Of a stretch of 64,000 nucleotides of DNA, positions 13,501 to 28,500 are shown piece by piece. The notes beneath the pieces are model-generated. The model was not told the origin of the DNA and searched no databases. It saw only the letters and a list, made by a program, of their open reading frames with translations. Positions within the stretch are counted from its first letter, which is position 1, and each line of letters opens with the position of its first letter. A program made the position numbers and the translations under genes. Origin of the DNA: Oopsacas minuta (taxonomy: Eukaryota; Animalia; Porifera); contig JAKMXF010000315.1 of NCBI GenBank assembly GCA_024704765.1, forward strand, positions 280,396-344,395, read 5' to 3'.

Positions 13501-16500
13501 GTTAGGCTAATGTTAAGCTAACTTTAGGAAATTAGCGCAATTATCCATTTCCAATAACACCATTCACCGTCGTATCGTATAAATGTCAGAAGATGTCAAG
13601 TTACAAGTTGTATCCGAGATGAAAACAGCACAATTGGTTTTTCAGTATTCAGTTAGATGAGTCAACAGATGTGACTTCATTTGCTCATTCAATTTGCTTT
13701 CCCAGCTATATTCATGATGAGGATTGCAGAGAACAAAGAGGTTAACGAATTCTTTATCGATAACTGATTGGTCTGGCAAACCTATGTGTCGTCTCTACTG
13801 TTGTAGCTCCAGCAATGTCAGGATGCCATTCGGGATTTAAGCTCGAGTCAAGACATAAGTTTAGGATGTTCTGCCATTTAATTGCATGATACATAAACAT
13901 GCTCTTGCGGCTAAAACCCGGGTTAAGTTTTGTCCTGCCCAAACTGGTTTTGGACGGACAGCATCAACCCCTGTTTTTTAAGTCAAAATTGGTCAGAACT
14001 GGTCAACATTGATCATATCCTTGGAGAATAAGAGAAAGAGTATAACTAGATCTCTTATTTTGATTAGATTTGACACTATTCTCACTAGTTAACAATGGAA
14101 CAGTAAAGCGATGATAAAATATTTGGTTTCAACCAATTATTTACTAAATATTCGTACTAATTTCTTTTCTAAAGGGGATAATTATCCAAAGCATTTTAAA
14201 TTATATATATTGAAACTATTGTGTAGATTGTATATCTCATATTCTTAAAGTGACCACTTTAATATCGCACAATGTGGAAGGCTTATTGATTCAGTATGGA
14301 AATTTTTCGTCAAAGCTAAAGATGGTGGAAAAATACGAGCAATAGAAGTGTATAACTGTAGTGCTATGATCACCCGTGATTCACTATGCCACCTGAAACT
14401 TTTGTCATAAAATCATCCAGCCGAAGTTGAATGACTTCATAATAATGGCCAATTCTCACCAGAAAGAATTCATGACAACCAAATTGCTCGCTTATTTTAT
14501 GCGTGTAATCTTCCTTTTAGCCTCGTTGAGAATTAAGTATTCAAAAAGATAATTTCTATGGACAGACCTGGCTATAAACCGCCTACAAGGAAATGTCTAG
14601 CTGAAGGTCTTGACTAGATATTTAATGAAGTAACCACCATAATTGCTTCACCTTTGGAATGGAGGTATGTTGCTTTGTACAGGATGGGTGGAGTAATATA
14701 AAGAGCTCCTCTACAATTGCACATTGTGTATATACAGGAGAAACATGTTATTTTCTGAATTCTGTTGACACTGGATCGAACAAGAAACTGCTAACATTTG
14801 TACTTCTTTAGCTATCAAAGCGCCTAAATAGGCAACTTATAAATTTGACTGTCGTTACTGACAATAATCCCAAATGTAGTCAATACGTTCCAGTTTGTAA
14901 TTCCTTGTGAGTCACTTTCATTATACAGTTGTGTATCTCATTTACTGAACTTGTTTGGAAAGGATAATCGCCCTTCGTATATTATTTCTCAAATTACAGA
15001 GATGAATACATATCTTCGCAACCATCACAATCCTGGACCCCTCCTATCTGAAGAAATAGGATCTCTTAAGTCTCAATTAAAAGTGGTGACACGGTGGAAT
15101 AGTCTATTGGAGTGTATCAAGACATACCTAATGAATAGGCCTTTCTTTTTAAACATTCTGGCACAATATGAAGATGTTCTCGACATGTCTATTATCAACC
15201 TAATCACCAATATCGCGAGGCTCAAATCCTGTATAACCAACTCAAACCGATTTCAATATCTTTGGACAGTTACAAATAGAGAAGTCTAATATTGCAGATT
15301 CTTGAGAGGAATGGATGAAATAACTAGAGTTAGACTAGCTGATTTTCAGCAAAGCAAAATTCAGCAACGAATCAAACAAGCAATTACATCTACACATTCC
15401 CTGCCAACATGATCAACTTTTTTCTTCTACGTATATCATTTCAACAAATATTTATTCAGCATATTTTTTTATTTACAACTTATTAATTACACAAATAAAA
15501 GAAACATGCACGAGTACTACAATTAGATTTTGACCAGTTTTGTCAAGTCGGGAGTTTTTTGAACAGTGCTTTTATACCGGTTTTTACCACATGAACAAAA
15601 CATGCCATCACTGACTAGAAACACTCCCACCTTTGCTTGGATGTCATGTTTGGGGTCATTAAATTGAAAACTACATTAAGCGTAGTTCTTTGGATACCCG
15701 TCTATTTCGAGAGTTATATAGATCTAGATGCGAGTTCAGAAACCTTCTATTACATACGGAACTACCCAGGGCGTTTGAATTTTCCTCATACACGGGATAT
15801 TTTAACATTCAAGATCAGTTCGAGTTGTAGCGCAAGAAATTCGGCGCACGGGTGTGATTACGTTGCACATTACCTGGCGCAAAAGCACCACCTTGTCTTC
15901 GCCACTGATCCTGAACCTCAGAACACAGTTTTGCTTGTGAAGGCTGTCCCAAGATTTTGCATACCCTTGGACATACGAGAGCTGGGATTTCTATCCAAGA
16001 GCCAAATCTTAATATAGAATAGGCAGTGGTGGTCCAGGATCTTCAAATCCGGGGAAATAACCCTTTGCCCCCTTGTGTCAACCACTGGGTGTGTATTACT
16101 TGCATCAACAAATCTGTTTATAACTCTTTTATGGGCTTATTTTCTGAACCTCTGGAGTTGAAATTTCTAAAAGTCACAAAATTCTAGAAATTTTATAGAA
16201 ATATTTGATTATAAATGCTATAGCTTTTTGATTCCTACGTTGGATAAAGTTCAAATTACCCTATCATCTTCAGCTCTGAATTTATCAATCAGATAAGAAT
16301 ATGTGTGCTGCAGCTTGTTTATAGCCTAAACTTCCAACATAGGTACCTAGTTGCTAGTGAACGAGAAATATTTTGGCTCACCTTGTTAATTTTTGATTAC
16401 TGTTTATTGTATATTAATACAAACAATATTACATTTGCATGTGATTAATCCAAAATGTGAAAATCGGATTCATCATGTTCGATATATTTAGTGAAGTTTT

Positions 16501-19500
16501 ATTGAATTTTATTTACTTTCTTGATACACAAGATGAATACATAGTTATACGAGCATTTCAAAATTGCATACTTTAAATCCTTTCTTTGACAACGGACAAA
16601 CAAACAAACAACAGATGAGATTTATAATATAGAGTACACAAATATATTTCGTCCACAATATAGTAGTAGTTACATTGTCTGATTACTAATTACATTTATA
16701 GTAAAAACGTAGTTACAGGTTTGACAAATTAGAATCTGAAGAATTCGCTATTGGAACTATTGTATCCTAATTCAACTGGGTTGGATAGTTAGCTTATATC
16801 ATATGATTACCACAATTCGTAAACCCCCACATCTGATAGGTTAATACATGTTGACATCTATCTCAGAGAGCTTTCGAGATATCGCTTAGATCTTAGAAAT
16901 TGTTCCTAGGTTTATCATCTTCCACACATGCCAAATTCACGTTTATATCTCTTACTAGTTCCTCGCTCAATTTCGAACAAAATAACCAAAAACAAACCAT
17001 CAACAAATTGATATATTATCGTATGTATATAGGTAAATTCGCATAAGCACAATTGTATATGTAGTGGTGATCAAAGCAAATTTAGCTTAATGTCTTTGTG
17101 GTTACCTTTCAGTCAACTTGTCATACTTTGTTATAATTGAATTCATATTTGTATCTATTTCATTGAATTGTCTGAATTTTATTGGAATTTTCAGTTCAAA
17201 AGATTTGCACAATTATTTGTAATCTATTGCATTCCATATATTATTCATTATCATTGTATGGGACATTATTTGCTAATGTATTTATTTATCATTTCTATTT
17301 TCAGATAATACCTCTGCTGACAAGATTGATTCTTTCGACTCTTGGGAGCAGAAACTTTTTGTTTCAAAGCACTCAGAAACGTTAATTCAACTAAGCTGTG
17401 TTGAAAGAATTCTACCATCTGGATGGAAGTGTTCAAAGTGTCAGATGACTGAGAATTTATGGCTGAATCTAACTGATGGTTCTATTCTTTGTGGCCGTAG
17501 GCAATTTGATGGTAGTGGCGGTAATAATCATGCTTTAGAGCATTATTCTTTGACCAAGTAATGTCGCCAATTATGTACCATTGACTATGTTCAGTGTTTC
17601 TTGTTCAAAGATTTGTTTTGTCTGCCCTACCAATTTGAGATTCCTCACTTAAATACCTAGATTATTGGAGTAATCCGATCTAGCAGCAAATGATTTTTTG
17701 ATTACAATTGTAAATACTTCCAGCTTGTCTGGTACTTGCATAGTAATCCAGCTTAGGGTCTGAAGGCCGCATTATCGTTGGAAGTTTGAATCACTCGTAA
17801 GTATGGAGTTGCGATTGAGTTCTAAAATTGGTAAAAGAAACTTAACATAATTCAAGACTGGTTTACCAAACATAATTATAATTGTTTGTTTCTATATGTA
17901 GCCTAACAGATACATGTGATAGTTTGGGGCAAAAACCTAATTCCCACTCAATAGAATATCGTATAAGACAGGGGTGCTCAAACTTGTAAATCTACGGGCC
18001 ACTTTAAAATTGGGCTCGCATTACGGGCCACAAATAATATATCGCCTCTAACTTTAGAAATCAATTTCAAGCTATAGAAATTGACCTCATATTGCTTAAC
18101 AATGTATTCTACTTATAAATTCAGGTTATTGACTTAAATCATAATCTTTTCAATGGTTTCGAATCATTTGATGTTTATTTTGAAATCAGCTCGTTTTTTA
18201 GCAAGTGGACAATAGTACTAAACCTAGATTTAGGGTATACTATGTATTGTCCATAGTAGAATAACAATGTAAAAAAATCTCGCCATTTCAATTTAGGTTC
18301 TGTATCCTACGTTATGCTTATACTTTTGAGGCTCTAATAATTGATAGAATTCTAAATGCTAACTAGAGTTACCGATACTTTATTCATACTCGGAACATAA
18401 ATGCAATTGTAGATTATCTATCATTATTCTGTATTGTGTTTAGAATAATAATTTTTATCTGACAATTGAAGCACGTGAATTTACTGTATATACAACGGGT
18501 ATTCATTTAATTCGTAAATATTAGAATATTTATATTATTTAAGTGAGCTAAGGCACAAATTCTACTATAAATTTTCAAGGTAGTCTCCCTTGTGCTCAAC
18601 TACAGGCTTTAAACGCTCTATCCACTTGAAAAATGTTTTATTATACTCTTCTTGTGGTATGCCTCTGAAGCACCATTGGATGACCCTTCCAATTTGCATC
18701 TGTTCTCCAAAACTGTACCTGCTAGGTGCTTTTTGAGCCCATCGAAGAGCCAAAAGTCGCACCGTGCTAAGTTAAGGCTATATGGTGGATGTTCCAATTC
18801 CTTAAGACCTATGGAAGCAATGTTTTCCTTAACTTCCTTTAATTTGTACGGTCTGGCATTATCATGCAAAATTTTGATTCCTCTGAGATCCGTGGCTGGC
18901 GACGCTCAATCTATTGTTTTTGATTTACGGAAGAAAAACTGTACATAAAAGTGTCCAGTAACTGTTTGCCCCTTAAGGGTACAGATTTGGCAGGCTGGGC
19001 CATGTGCATCGAAAATATGGTGTATGTTAATTAGCGAGCCCAATGATCCGGTCTTGGTAGTGCTGGAGGGGATCTCCCTTTTACAATCCATACCTTGTTC
19101 TGTTCTTTGCGAGTTGGCTCTGAATATCTTGTCCACTTCTCATCACTCATCATCGGTACATATTTCAAATAGTCGCCTCTCATCACATTGGTCATACTTT
19201 TCAAGCAGTTTTTTGCAATTCTTTCCTGGATCTTCTTTTTGGGTCTGATTCAACAAATGTGGGACCCAACGTGAGCAAACGTTGGACATACCAAATTGCT
19301 TGGTCAGAATTGCATGAACACTTCCCGTTGACAAAGTTAGGCTGGTAGCTAACTGCTCTATCGTAATATGAGGATCAGAGTCACACATTTCAGTTATAAG
19401 AGTAATATTGTTTACAGTGGTAGCAATTATAGGTTGCCCCATCCGAAGGTCATTTTCAACCAACACTCTACCTTCACGGAAACAAAAACTCCACTTTTTA

Positions 19501-22500
19501 ACGGTTGATTCCGAACAGGCATGCACACCATATACCTGTACTAAGTGTTGGTGGATATTCCTTGGAGTGTGGTCGAGGAATGAGTGGAGTTTGATGTATG
19601 CTCTTTGTTCAAGTAGAAATTCATAAGATTTTGAAGCAATAAATTCATTTGTGATTGCTTTAACCTATCTTCAAAAGGGTGTATCTCAAAAGTTATTAGA
19701 CCAATCTCCTCAAAGTAAAGTGTTCTAAATAGACGAAAATCTAAGCTATAAATTTGATGCAAATAGTAAAAACATGTGGTTGAACAATAATAGCAATAGC
19801 TAAGGTTACGAACTAATTGAAAGCCCTTTGTTTATATGTGAATAATGAAAACAAGCGAATTATCTGTGGCCATAGTGAATGTTCTTGCAGGCCACACGTG
19901 GTCCGCGTGCCACGATATGAGCACCCTTGGCATAAGACCTAATTCCCATTCAAACGATTACTTTTCTGGATTAATTGTAAGATGTGGGAAATATAGAATA
20001 TTTAAATTAACTATTTTCTCGCGTTTTGCGTGAATATTTGGGTCAGCTACCGAGATCTATGCCATACGTTAAATGAATCAATAAATTAATAATTAGCATA
20101 CAGACGATATTTCATGTATTCATGTTAAATAATAGGAAATATTAGGGAAATCGAGGCATCGCGGAGGTCGATCTATTACAATCGTGTTAATAGATCATTT
20201 TGAAAGCAGCAAGATTATTTGTTGTGCGTCATATTTTGAAAAGGTTCTGTTTGGGATGTTCAAATCAGGTCCTAAGCTGCCCTATTTATATTGTTTACAT
20301 TGATTTGTACCTGAATTTATCACTCTGCTATATATTTCAGAGGATTGTAGATTCCTTTGTGATTCTTTTCAAGTTTGTAATGAAGTTTTGTAACTAAAAT
20401 TGAAAGTATCAATACATAGTAAGTATGTATTCAATCGTGATGCGATTGTATCAACCGAAAACAACTAAGGATATTTAGTAATGGTGGCCCTAATTGTGAA
20501 TCTCAGAAATACCTACCTAGCAGAATTCGTATATTTGTTATTTTCTTACCAGTTGAAACCTTGAAAATTATTGATAAATTGTTAGCAATGATGCTATTCG
20601 GTTAACCGAATATATTTGTTTCCAACAGTTAACTGAGTATAGCGTCGGTTAACCGGATAACAGAAACCAGCCCTGTGCAGAGTCCATTAGCTTCATAAAC
20701 AAAATATGGAGAGCACACTCTACAATTATTACATTACATAATGTAATATATTTTTGGTTAGAAAAGTGAGGACTATGAAATATTTGCTTTTGATCTATAT
20801 AAGTTGATGAAAATCAGGTTTGTCTATAATTATTGATGCTACTATAATTAGGATATTATTATTTTCATGATCCTACGGTACGCTATCAAGGAGATCAATT
20901 ATGCATGTGTTTTTAACTACTGATTATTTTCGATGCATTGTTCTCTATTACTAATCTATACCTTTTAAGCATTGATTTGTATATGGTGCTAGAAACTACT
21001 GAATAATAGTATTCCTAATTCCTTGAATCCTCTTTTCAAGTTGTGTCAGACTAGTATAGTTGTCACTATGCAACATGTTTTTGGTTCAACCAACTGTATT
21101 CTCAATTGGATAGAGAACTTGACTCTGGCTTGAACGCTCTCTTCTATTTCTGTATATTTTTCTCCATCCACTCCTTTGCAATCCTTGAAGTTGGTCTTGG
21201 ATCATTATTCTGTATCATAATTTACCCTGACAATGAATTAAGGAGTCGCCGGTTGAATTTTCTATTACGGTATGGGCTATCTTCGAAACATACCGGGTAT
21301 ATACCCGTTTTTGTCTGCATGCTTGTTAGACTAGCCAAACTAAGACATATTTAGGATATAATACATTGTATCTAGTGTATCTTAAGGTCTGTGATTGAAA
21401 AAGGGGCAAAAGTCCTCTCATAGACGTAACATTAAAGTTCGGGACACATCAAGAATTTTCCAGGAAAAGTTATTACAGCTTAAGGGCTATAATTGTAACT
21501 ACATAATAACCATATATAGTTCAAAAGAATTGACTAGCTTCAGTGGTGTCCGTTACTCAAAAATGTTTTATATCCCTCCAAGTCGGGACGACGAAAAATC
21601 TCCAAAAACGAGAGTCCACGTAGCCAAAATGATAATTTAACAGAAACTATTCTTTCATTCATTCCTATTCTAGTCAATTATGTAGATAACATCATATTAT
21701 TGCTACTAAATACGATTCAGAGCTTGAGGAATACTCATACTTTTATGAAAATCTTTCCTGTGGCGAGAACACCGTTTTGCGATAATTAAAGTTAAAGATT
21801 CATAAAGTTTATTCTTTGAATATATACATATTATATTAGTGTTTCGTCCCGCTAGGACTTATCAGTTAAGCTATGCCTTGTCTTGAGACACTACCTTATT
21901 TTTGACTATTAATAAACAACAATAAATCAGTCAAAAGGTGTAATAATCTCCAATCAAGCAGGGGGTAAATAAATCAGCTGACAAAATTCTGAAGGACAAA
22001 AGTGAGTCCTGCTTAAGGATTCGAACCCATGCACTGCTCCTTTGTGGGAAGTTGTTCTTCTCACTAGACCAGCAGGACCCTTAATATATAAATATAATTA
22101 TAAACATTATATAGGAGAGTTATTTGCTAAAAATGTCCAAAATGAAGAGAATTCGAAAATTTTTGAAATGACTATTTTTAACCATTTTACCTCACAAAAT
22201 TGTCACAACTCACTCTAGAATACTCGGATCTCCAAAATTTCAATGTAGGAATGATTACAATACATGTGAGTATGTTTCTATATAATCAACTCATTTATAC
22301 AAATTTGGCTTAAAATGACCAAAATTTCGACGGTGTGTCCTTCAATCTGCTTGCTCTATCACTGTTGACAGTTTACAAATTCACTTGCTTCCATATTCCA
22401 TTTAATGTAACTAGCGAAGTTTCCCATATTCGATTTGTAGTTGCCTGAATCGCGGATACATGAGTATATTCTCTTGTCTCATTCAATACGGTAAAGCCTG

Positions 22501-25500
22501 TTTCTTTCACTCAACATTTGAACATCAGTCGACTAAGGCTTGCAAAATCCATTACCTGTAGAAATCTGCCAACTGTGTTTTAGAATCTGTAATGCCACAA
22601 TTCTTTTCCAAAGCATGTGCTATTTCACTAATTTGAAAATAATCGTTAGTATGAATGGAATGTGGACACATTCCTGTGTTACGAAGGAAATGTGTTTGTG
22701 TTAGATGCGGCTATAACTAACTATGAGTCCGTTGACTCTAAACTTTGTGCTAGTAGTTCCGCCATAGTCAACTTTGTATTCACTAATATTTTTACATTTA
22801 CTCTTTAGATGGCAATCATAAGCAAAAAATAAGATAAATTTTAAAATATCTCAAAAAGTATTGGCTAATAGCAAATGTAATATATTTTTTGTAAATCAAC
22901 ATTTTTCTCTCTAAAATTGCTATTTAGAATCCACATGAAGAGATACCATATTTTATGCAATTTAGATTCATACTTTGATACATAAATCCGGTTTCAACTT
23001 TATGTTCTTACATTTTAGGTCGAAAACTTGTTCCATTAAATAACATCAACTTTTTTGTTACCAATATTTTCTTTCTAGATATTATTTTACCAAATTGTAA
23101 TTCACGATCTACGACTGGAATTTTATAACTGTTCAACATCGAACCCGAACCGAACCAAACCCAACCCGAAAATACGTAAATGATTCCTACTCTGCGAAAC
23201 AATACAGCTCAGTGTAAACATAAATCTAATGCCTGTTATATATGTCCAAACGTTGTCCGGCCATAGCCACGCCTGCAACGCACAAGCTAACAGCTATAGT
23301 ATAACATTTAGCTTAAACGCAGCTAGCGTGGTTAATTTTTTGGTATGTTATAATGTCAGAAAATAGCATTTTAATCCATTAAGACACTAGCATTGCATGT
23401 TCCAATGATTGGTTCATGTCTTACATTGTTGTTTTTGAAAAATCTCTTTCTAATCAATTCTATCTTTCTTACATTCAACAAGGGTAGGATTTAGATGTAT
23501 TCTTACCATTTTAATTATTAATTATTCAGTCTAACTACTCAGACTAATGTTGGAGAGTATATTTGATTTCATTTGACAATTCTACGGTTAGTTTCGAATA
23601 AATCATCAGTTCAACAATACTAAACAATATTCAAACATGACCAAAGCAATTGAAAACTATTATTTTAATAGTTTGAGTAATGAGGTTAGGTACCCAACTA
23701 CCTAATCTTCATTGAGGTTAACTACAGATCTAGTTAATCTTCAATCATATTACCCATCTAGTTTATCCTCAATTAGGATATTTACACATCTAATCCTCAC
23801 TGAGGTTAGTACACTTCTAGTATGGCATATTCAATTGTTTTGTGTGAGTATCCGATGGTCTTGAGAGTATCAACATTCCAACTATAGGAATTTAGTAAAT
23901 ATTATGTACTTAATTTTCCAATTTGAATTGCCTAGTCAGACTTGGTCACTAATGCATTTGAAATAGTCACCATTAACTTACGATATTTCCTTCAATAAGC
24001 TTCTAGGCGCTTTTTCTTTTGCGAGCATATTATGTTCAATTTCTTTTTTGATTTTTGAATATACAAATAACCTTTAGAGACTAATTTGCATAATCAAAAG
24101 ATCGACACCACCGAATTCTATGTAAAACTTTTATGCTGACTCATGTCATTGTCAAAGTGACAATAAGTATGTCAATAATTGAAGAGAAGCATAGTGGGAA
24201 GTGGTGAGAATTAACTGATTATAAAATATACATACATGAACCTCCTTTTATTCATCAAACATGTATCTATTACGACTTATAATCATTATAATCTTCCATT
24301 TTTTCTCAGTTATTTACTAATTCTAACAATATGAGCATTTATTATCTAAACTATAAAACCCTGCATAAACAGCGACATAATGCATGCTAGTTGCGATGGA
24401 CTTATCTAAATACCTGAAATGATGTACATATAAAGATTCAATGTAATATTGTAGTTGATCAGAATCTGACATTTTCGACAAACTTATTTATATCTCTTTC
24501 GATGAAATTCAACCAATTATCTCTTTGTATTTTATTATGAACATTCGGCCCCTATAACAATAACATGCATTTTGAAATTTATTTGTTTAATTATTATGCA
24601 TATTTTTGTATTCCTTCGTAAAATTACCAATTTCGGCTATACAGAGAACTGATTATATAATGTGACAGAAATACCCTGTTATTCTCAAGTACCCTCAATT
24701 TTGATCATCCGTTTAAAATAGAGAAGGAATAATCGATAATTTTACCATTTTTTGCGTTTTGTATATCAAAATTGTGAGATTGTTACAAAAACGACCAAAT
24801 TTGACTTCAGATTCGGAATTAGCATATGTGATTGCTTCTAGGAAAATATTTTCATTCCTGATAAGACAGTTACAAATTTTGGAGATATGTGTAATTAATG
24901 AATTGGTATTATATTTCTAGGAATTCCTTCAAGAATTTCCATGTTTATATTTGAGTTTATTATCATTGATATGTAATGTCCGAAATTTTAATTGTACTGC
25001 ATGAAATCCGCTTTTCATACAGTTCAATAGTATACACACTTTTACGCAGTATATCGTGAAATTGGTACAACTACTATATTCTTAGAGCTAAAACGGATAT
25101 TAGAAATCGCAACTAAGAATTATTTCTAAACGAACGAATATTCCAACATTTGTTCGTTTTGATGACGCAAAAACTTATGAAGATTGAAAGGGGTTGATAA
25201 TGAATTTTGTGTTGTTTTGCTAAGTCGTTATACATTTTGAATCATCATTAGTAAATTGACAAGATATAGGCTTAATCTATATAGTTCAATCTCAATAGTT
25301 ATTTGTTTGTTTATTTGTCCGTTGTCAAGGTAAGGATTTACGGTGTGCGAATTTAAAATATTCGCATAACTATGTATATATCGTGCTTATCAAGGGAGTA
25401 AATAGAATTCAATAATACTTTACTAAATATATCGATATGCTGAATCCGATTTTCCCACTTTTGTATTAAGATATTTAGGAGTGAATTCACAACATCAGAT

Positions 25501-28500
25501 TTGTTTAGGTCAGTGCTTCTCAACCATTTTAGATGCACGGAACCTTGCGAAATTTTTATCCTATCTAGGAACCCTCTGCCTATTCACTATTATATAATGT
25601 CCACACAGTATCATAATTACTAAAGGATTATAAAAAAACTAATTTCTTAGTGGCTTTCGAGGGGCACTCGAAATGTTTTGCAGTTTGATATGAAACCATT
25701 AATCTGTCGGATATTTTTCCGCATCCATCTTTCCATACATATTTTATTACTCTACTTTGAAACTTTGATTCATTTATCTCTTCTACTTTCATAAATTAGA
25801 TAATTTTAGCATACATGGCCATGGTTTCTAAAATATCTCAATCTCAATTAGATCTCACAAAACGTGATTTTCGAGCAATGATTTCGATTTTATTCAAACT
25901 ACAGAAGACAAGAGTAGAAATCTATGAATCTTTACAGCAACATTTCCCGGATCTAATTCCTTCTCAAAGTACAGTTGAACGATGGTACAGGGAATTTATT
26001 CACGGAAACTTTGTTCTTGAAGATGCCCCTTGTTCAGGAAGACCGAATATTTCACATAATGAAGAAAATGTTAACTAAATGCTATATCTAATTACTAAAG
26101 CTCCTCATATTACGTACGCTCAGTTAGAGTATGAAACCGAGTTATCATCGGGGACAATTAATATCATTTTGCACAAAGAGTTTTGCGTCAGGAAGTTGTG
26201 TGGCTGATGGCCCCCATTCTTTGAACTTACAGCAAAAAATATCCTGCATAGACTTTTGCAAAATTATACCCAGAAAGTTTGCTAATGGAAGTTCAAGAGC
26301 TATTTCTGAGATCCTTACAGGTGGTGAGACAGGGATATACCATTATGAGCCAGAAACAAAGCGAATGACAAAGGAGTGGGTTGAAGAAGATGCCCCACCT
26401 TCAACCAAAGTGCGAAGGGCTCGATCTGTTGGGAAACAAATGTGGGCGATTTTTTCAGATCTAGTGGGTTTGTCGTCGCTGTTGCTCTCGAGGATAGAAA
26501 GACTGTTACTGCCGACTGCACACTACAGTGTGCCTACCCAAAGTCATCACAGCAATTGAGTCACAGCGGGAGAAGACAGGCATTAGAGGAATTCTTCTTC
26601 ATCATGATAATGCATCATCGCATACGGCAATCGGAACTCGTGAGTTTTGGAAATTTCTGGACTCAAAACATCGCCTCACCCACCCTACAGTCCTGATTTA
26701 GCCCCTTGTGACTTCTGGTTGTTCCCTAGACTCAAAGGTCAATTACGTGGGAGGAGATTTTCGACTAATAAGGAGTTGAGAGGAGCACTTTTCCAAGCGA
26801 TCGGAGACATAGCCAAAGAAGAGTGGAGAAAATGTTTTGATAATTGGTTTACCAAAATGAAAAGATGTTTAGATTATCAGGGAGAGTATTTGAAAAAATG
26901 TAATAGTCAAATTTATGATTACTATCTGATATGTCGGTCAACGTCAAAACTTTCGAGTCCCCTTTATATTTGCTGCTGTTTCTTTCCAATCATAAGTTCA
27001 GAACATGGAACATGTTTAGCAAGAGCACATCGCATTGCAGTATCTAAGTTTTGATCTAGACAATTTCTTAATTTCGTCTTTATCGTGTGAGACAAGAACA
27101 ACCTTTCTCATAAAGATATTTCTTAGGAAACTGGACCAGAGTTTTGGTTGCCTCTTCAGGAGGTACTTTACTTTTTCAAATGTAAACCCAAAACTTTGCT
27201 CTATCACTATCAAATGTCTGAAACATATTCTCCATGGTAATATCTTTATGAAGTTCGATTACATGTTCTATAAAATCTGAGTTTGTCACAGTAAGACATT
27301 TGGTAGACAATGAATCTAGAATGCAATGGATTCTTTCAAGATTTGTGAATTCTTCCTTGGAAAGTATTTGTTAAATTTTTCTTCGAGACTGTTGAATGAC
27401 AGGGTATTAGTTGTTTTATCTCTTGAAAATCGTAAATATTCGCTTGCGGAAGAACACTCTGTAGTTGTGGTAAGCATGATAAGCTTCCTATCTCAACCTT
27501 TTCTTTCCATAGCTTCAGTTTAATCTTGAAATCCTCGATTTTGCTGTGTTGGGTAAATGTATCAGCTTTAAGGCCTTGCAGGCTCAGGTTCAAGAGTTTA
27601 TCAGATCGGATATAGATGCGAGGGAAGACAATTTTGCTCTCCAAGTAGGTTCCGAAAAAAGGGAGACTTTCTCATCCCCTTGTGAAGTTAAAAGGCTTTA
27701 ATTTCTTATTTCAATTGGAATACTCTGTTGAACACATTTCCTCTCGATAACCATCGCACCTCAGAATGAAGTAATAGCGTCGTAGAGTGGAAGCCGCTTA
27801 ATTGGGACTCGGATAATCGGGATATCCGTTTAAACGGGACAATGGTTTGAGAACAGATTTTTTACATAGAAAATCATGGGATAATTGTGACATTTAATCG
27901 GTTAATCGGGATTTTTATTCCGAATGTTTGAAAGTTTATAATCGGTTATTTAGGATTTCTTATCCCGATTAACAGGATATTAATTGTATTCGCTCAATTG
28001 GGATTTCTATCCAAATTTAACGATTGTATATTTATTCAGAATCATTGTAAAATGGTTTGTTCTAAAACTAGGAATTTAAATATTATCTACAACCATAACA
28101 ATACAACACCAATGCGATTACCATTTACTATACTAACATTATTAACATTGCTCACTCGCCTCAGTTTCCATTGGCTATTCCACCGTGTATAATTCCCTCA
28201 ATAATGACCAGACTGTTGGATATCCAAACGTTTTGCATGGGTTGCGGTAATAAACACACGCATTATTATTTAAACTATAATTTCTACCTTTTTATGTATA
28301 TATCGTCACGCATTCTATCACCTCTTGAAGCGGAACTATATCCATACTACAACCAAATCTCTACTAGACCTAGATAAATCAGGATTAGTAATAGAGAAAT
28401 AAGATATACCTAGCCATGTGACAATGAAAAACTAAATTGAATATTTCCATAATTATAATCCGTTAATGGGGACAATGGGTTAATCGGAACAAAACATTGA

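Noticed and set aside
15637-16017. 126-aa ORF, with a weak RNase H-like phrase (AEFLALQL) on the opposite strand
   Set aside because: A single short resemblance with no supporting RT domain nearby.
27998-28192. Near-identical 64/68-aa ORF ([10 protein letters not shown]...) at two loci, suggesting a conserved small protein
   Set aside because: It starts at TTG, has no recognisable motif, and is simply the translation of the identical MITE core.
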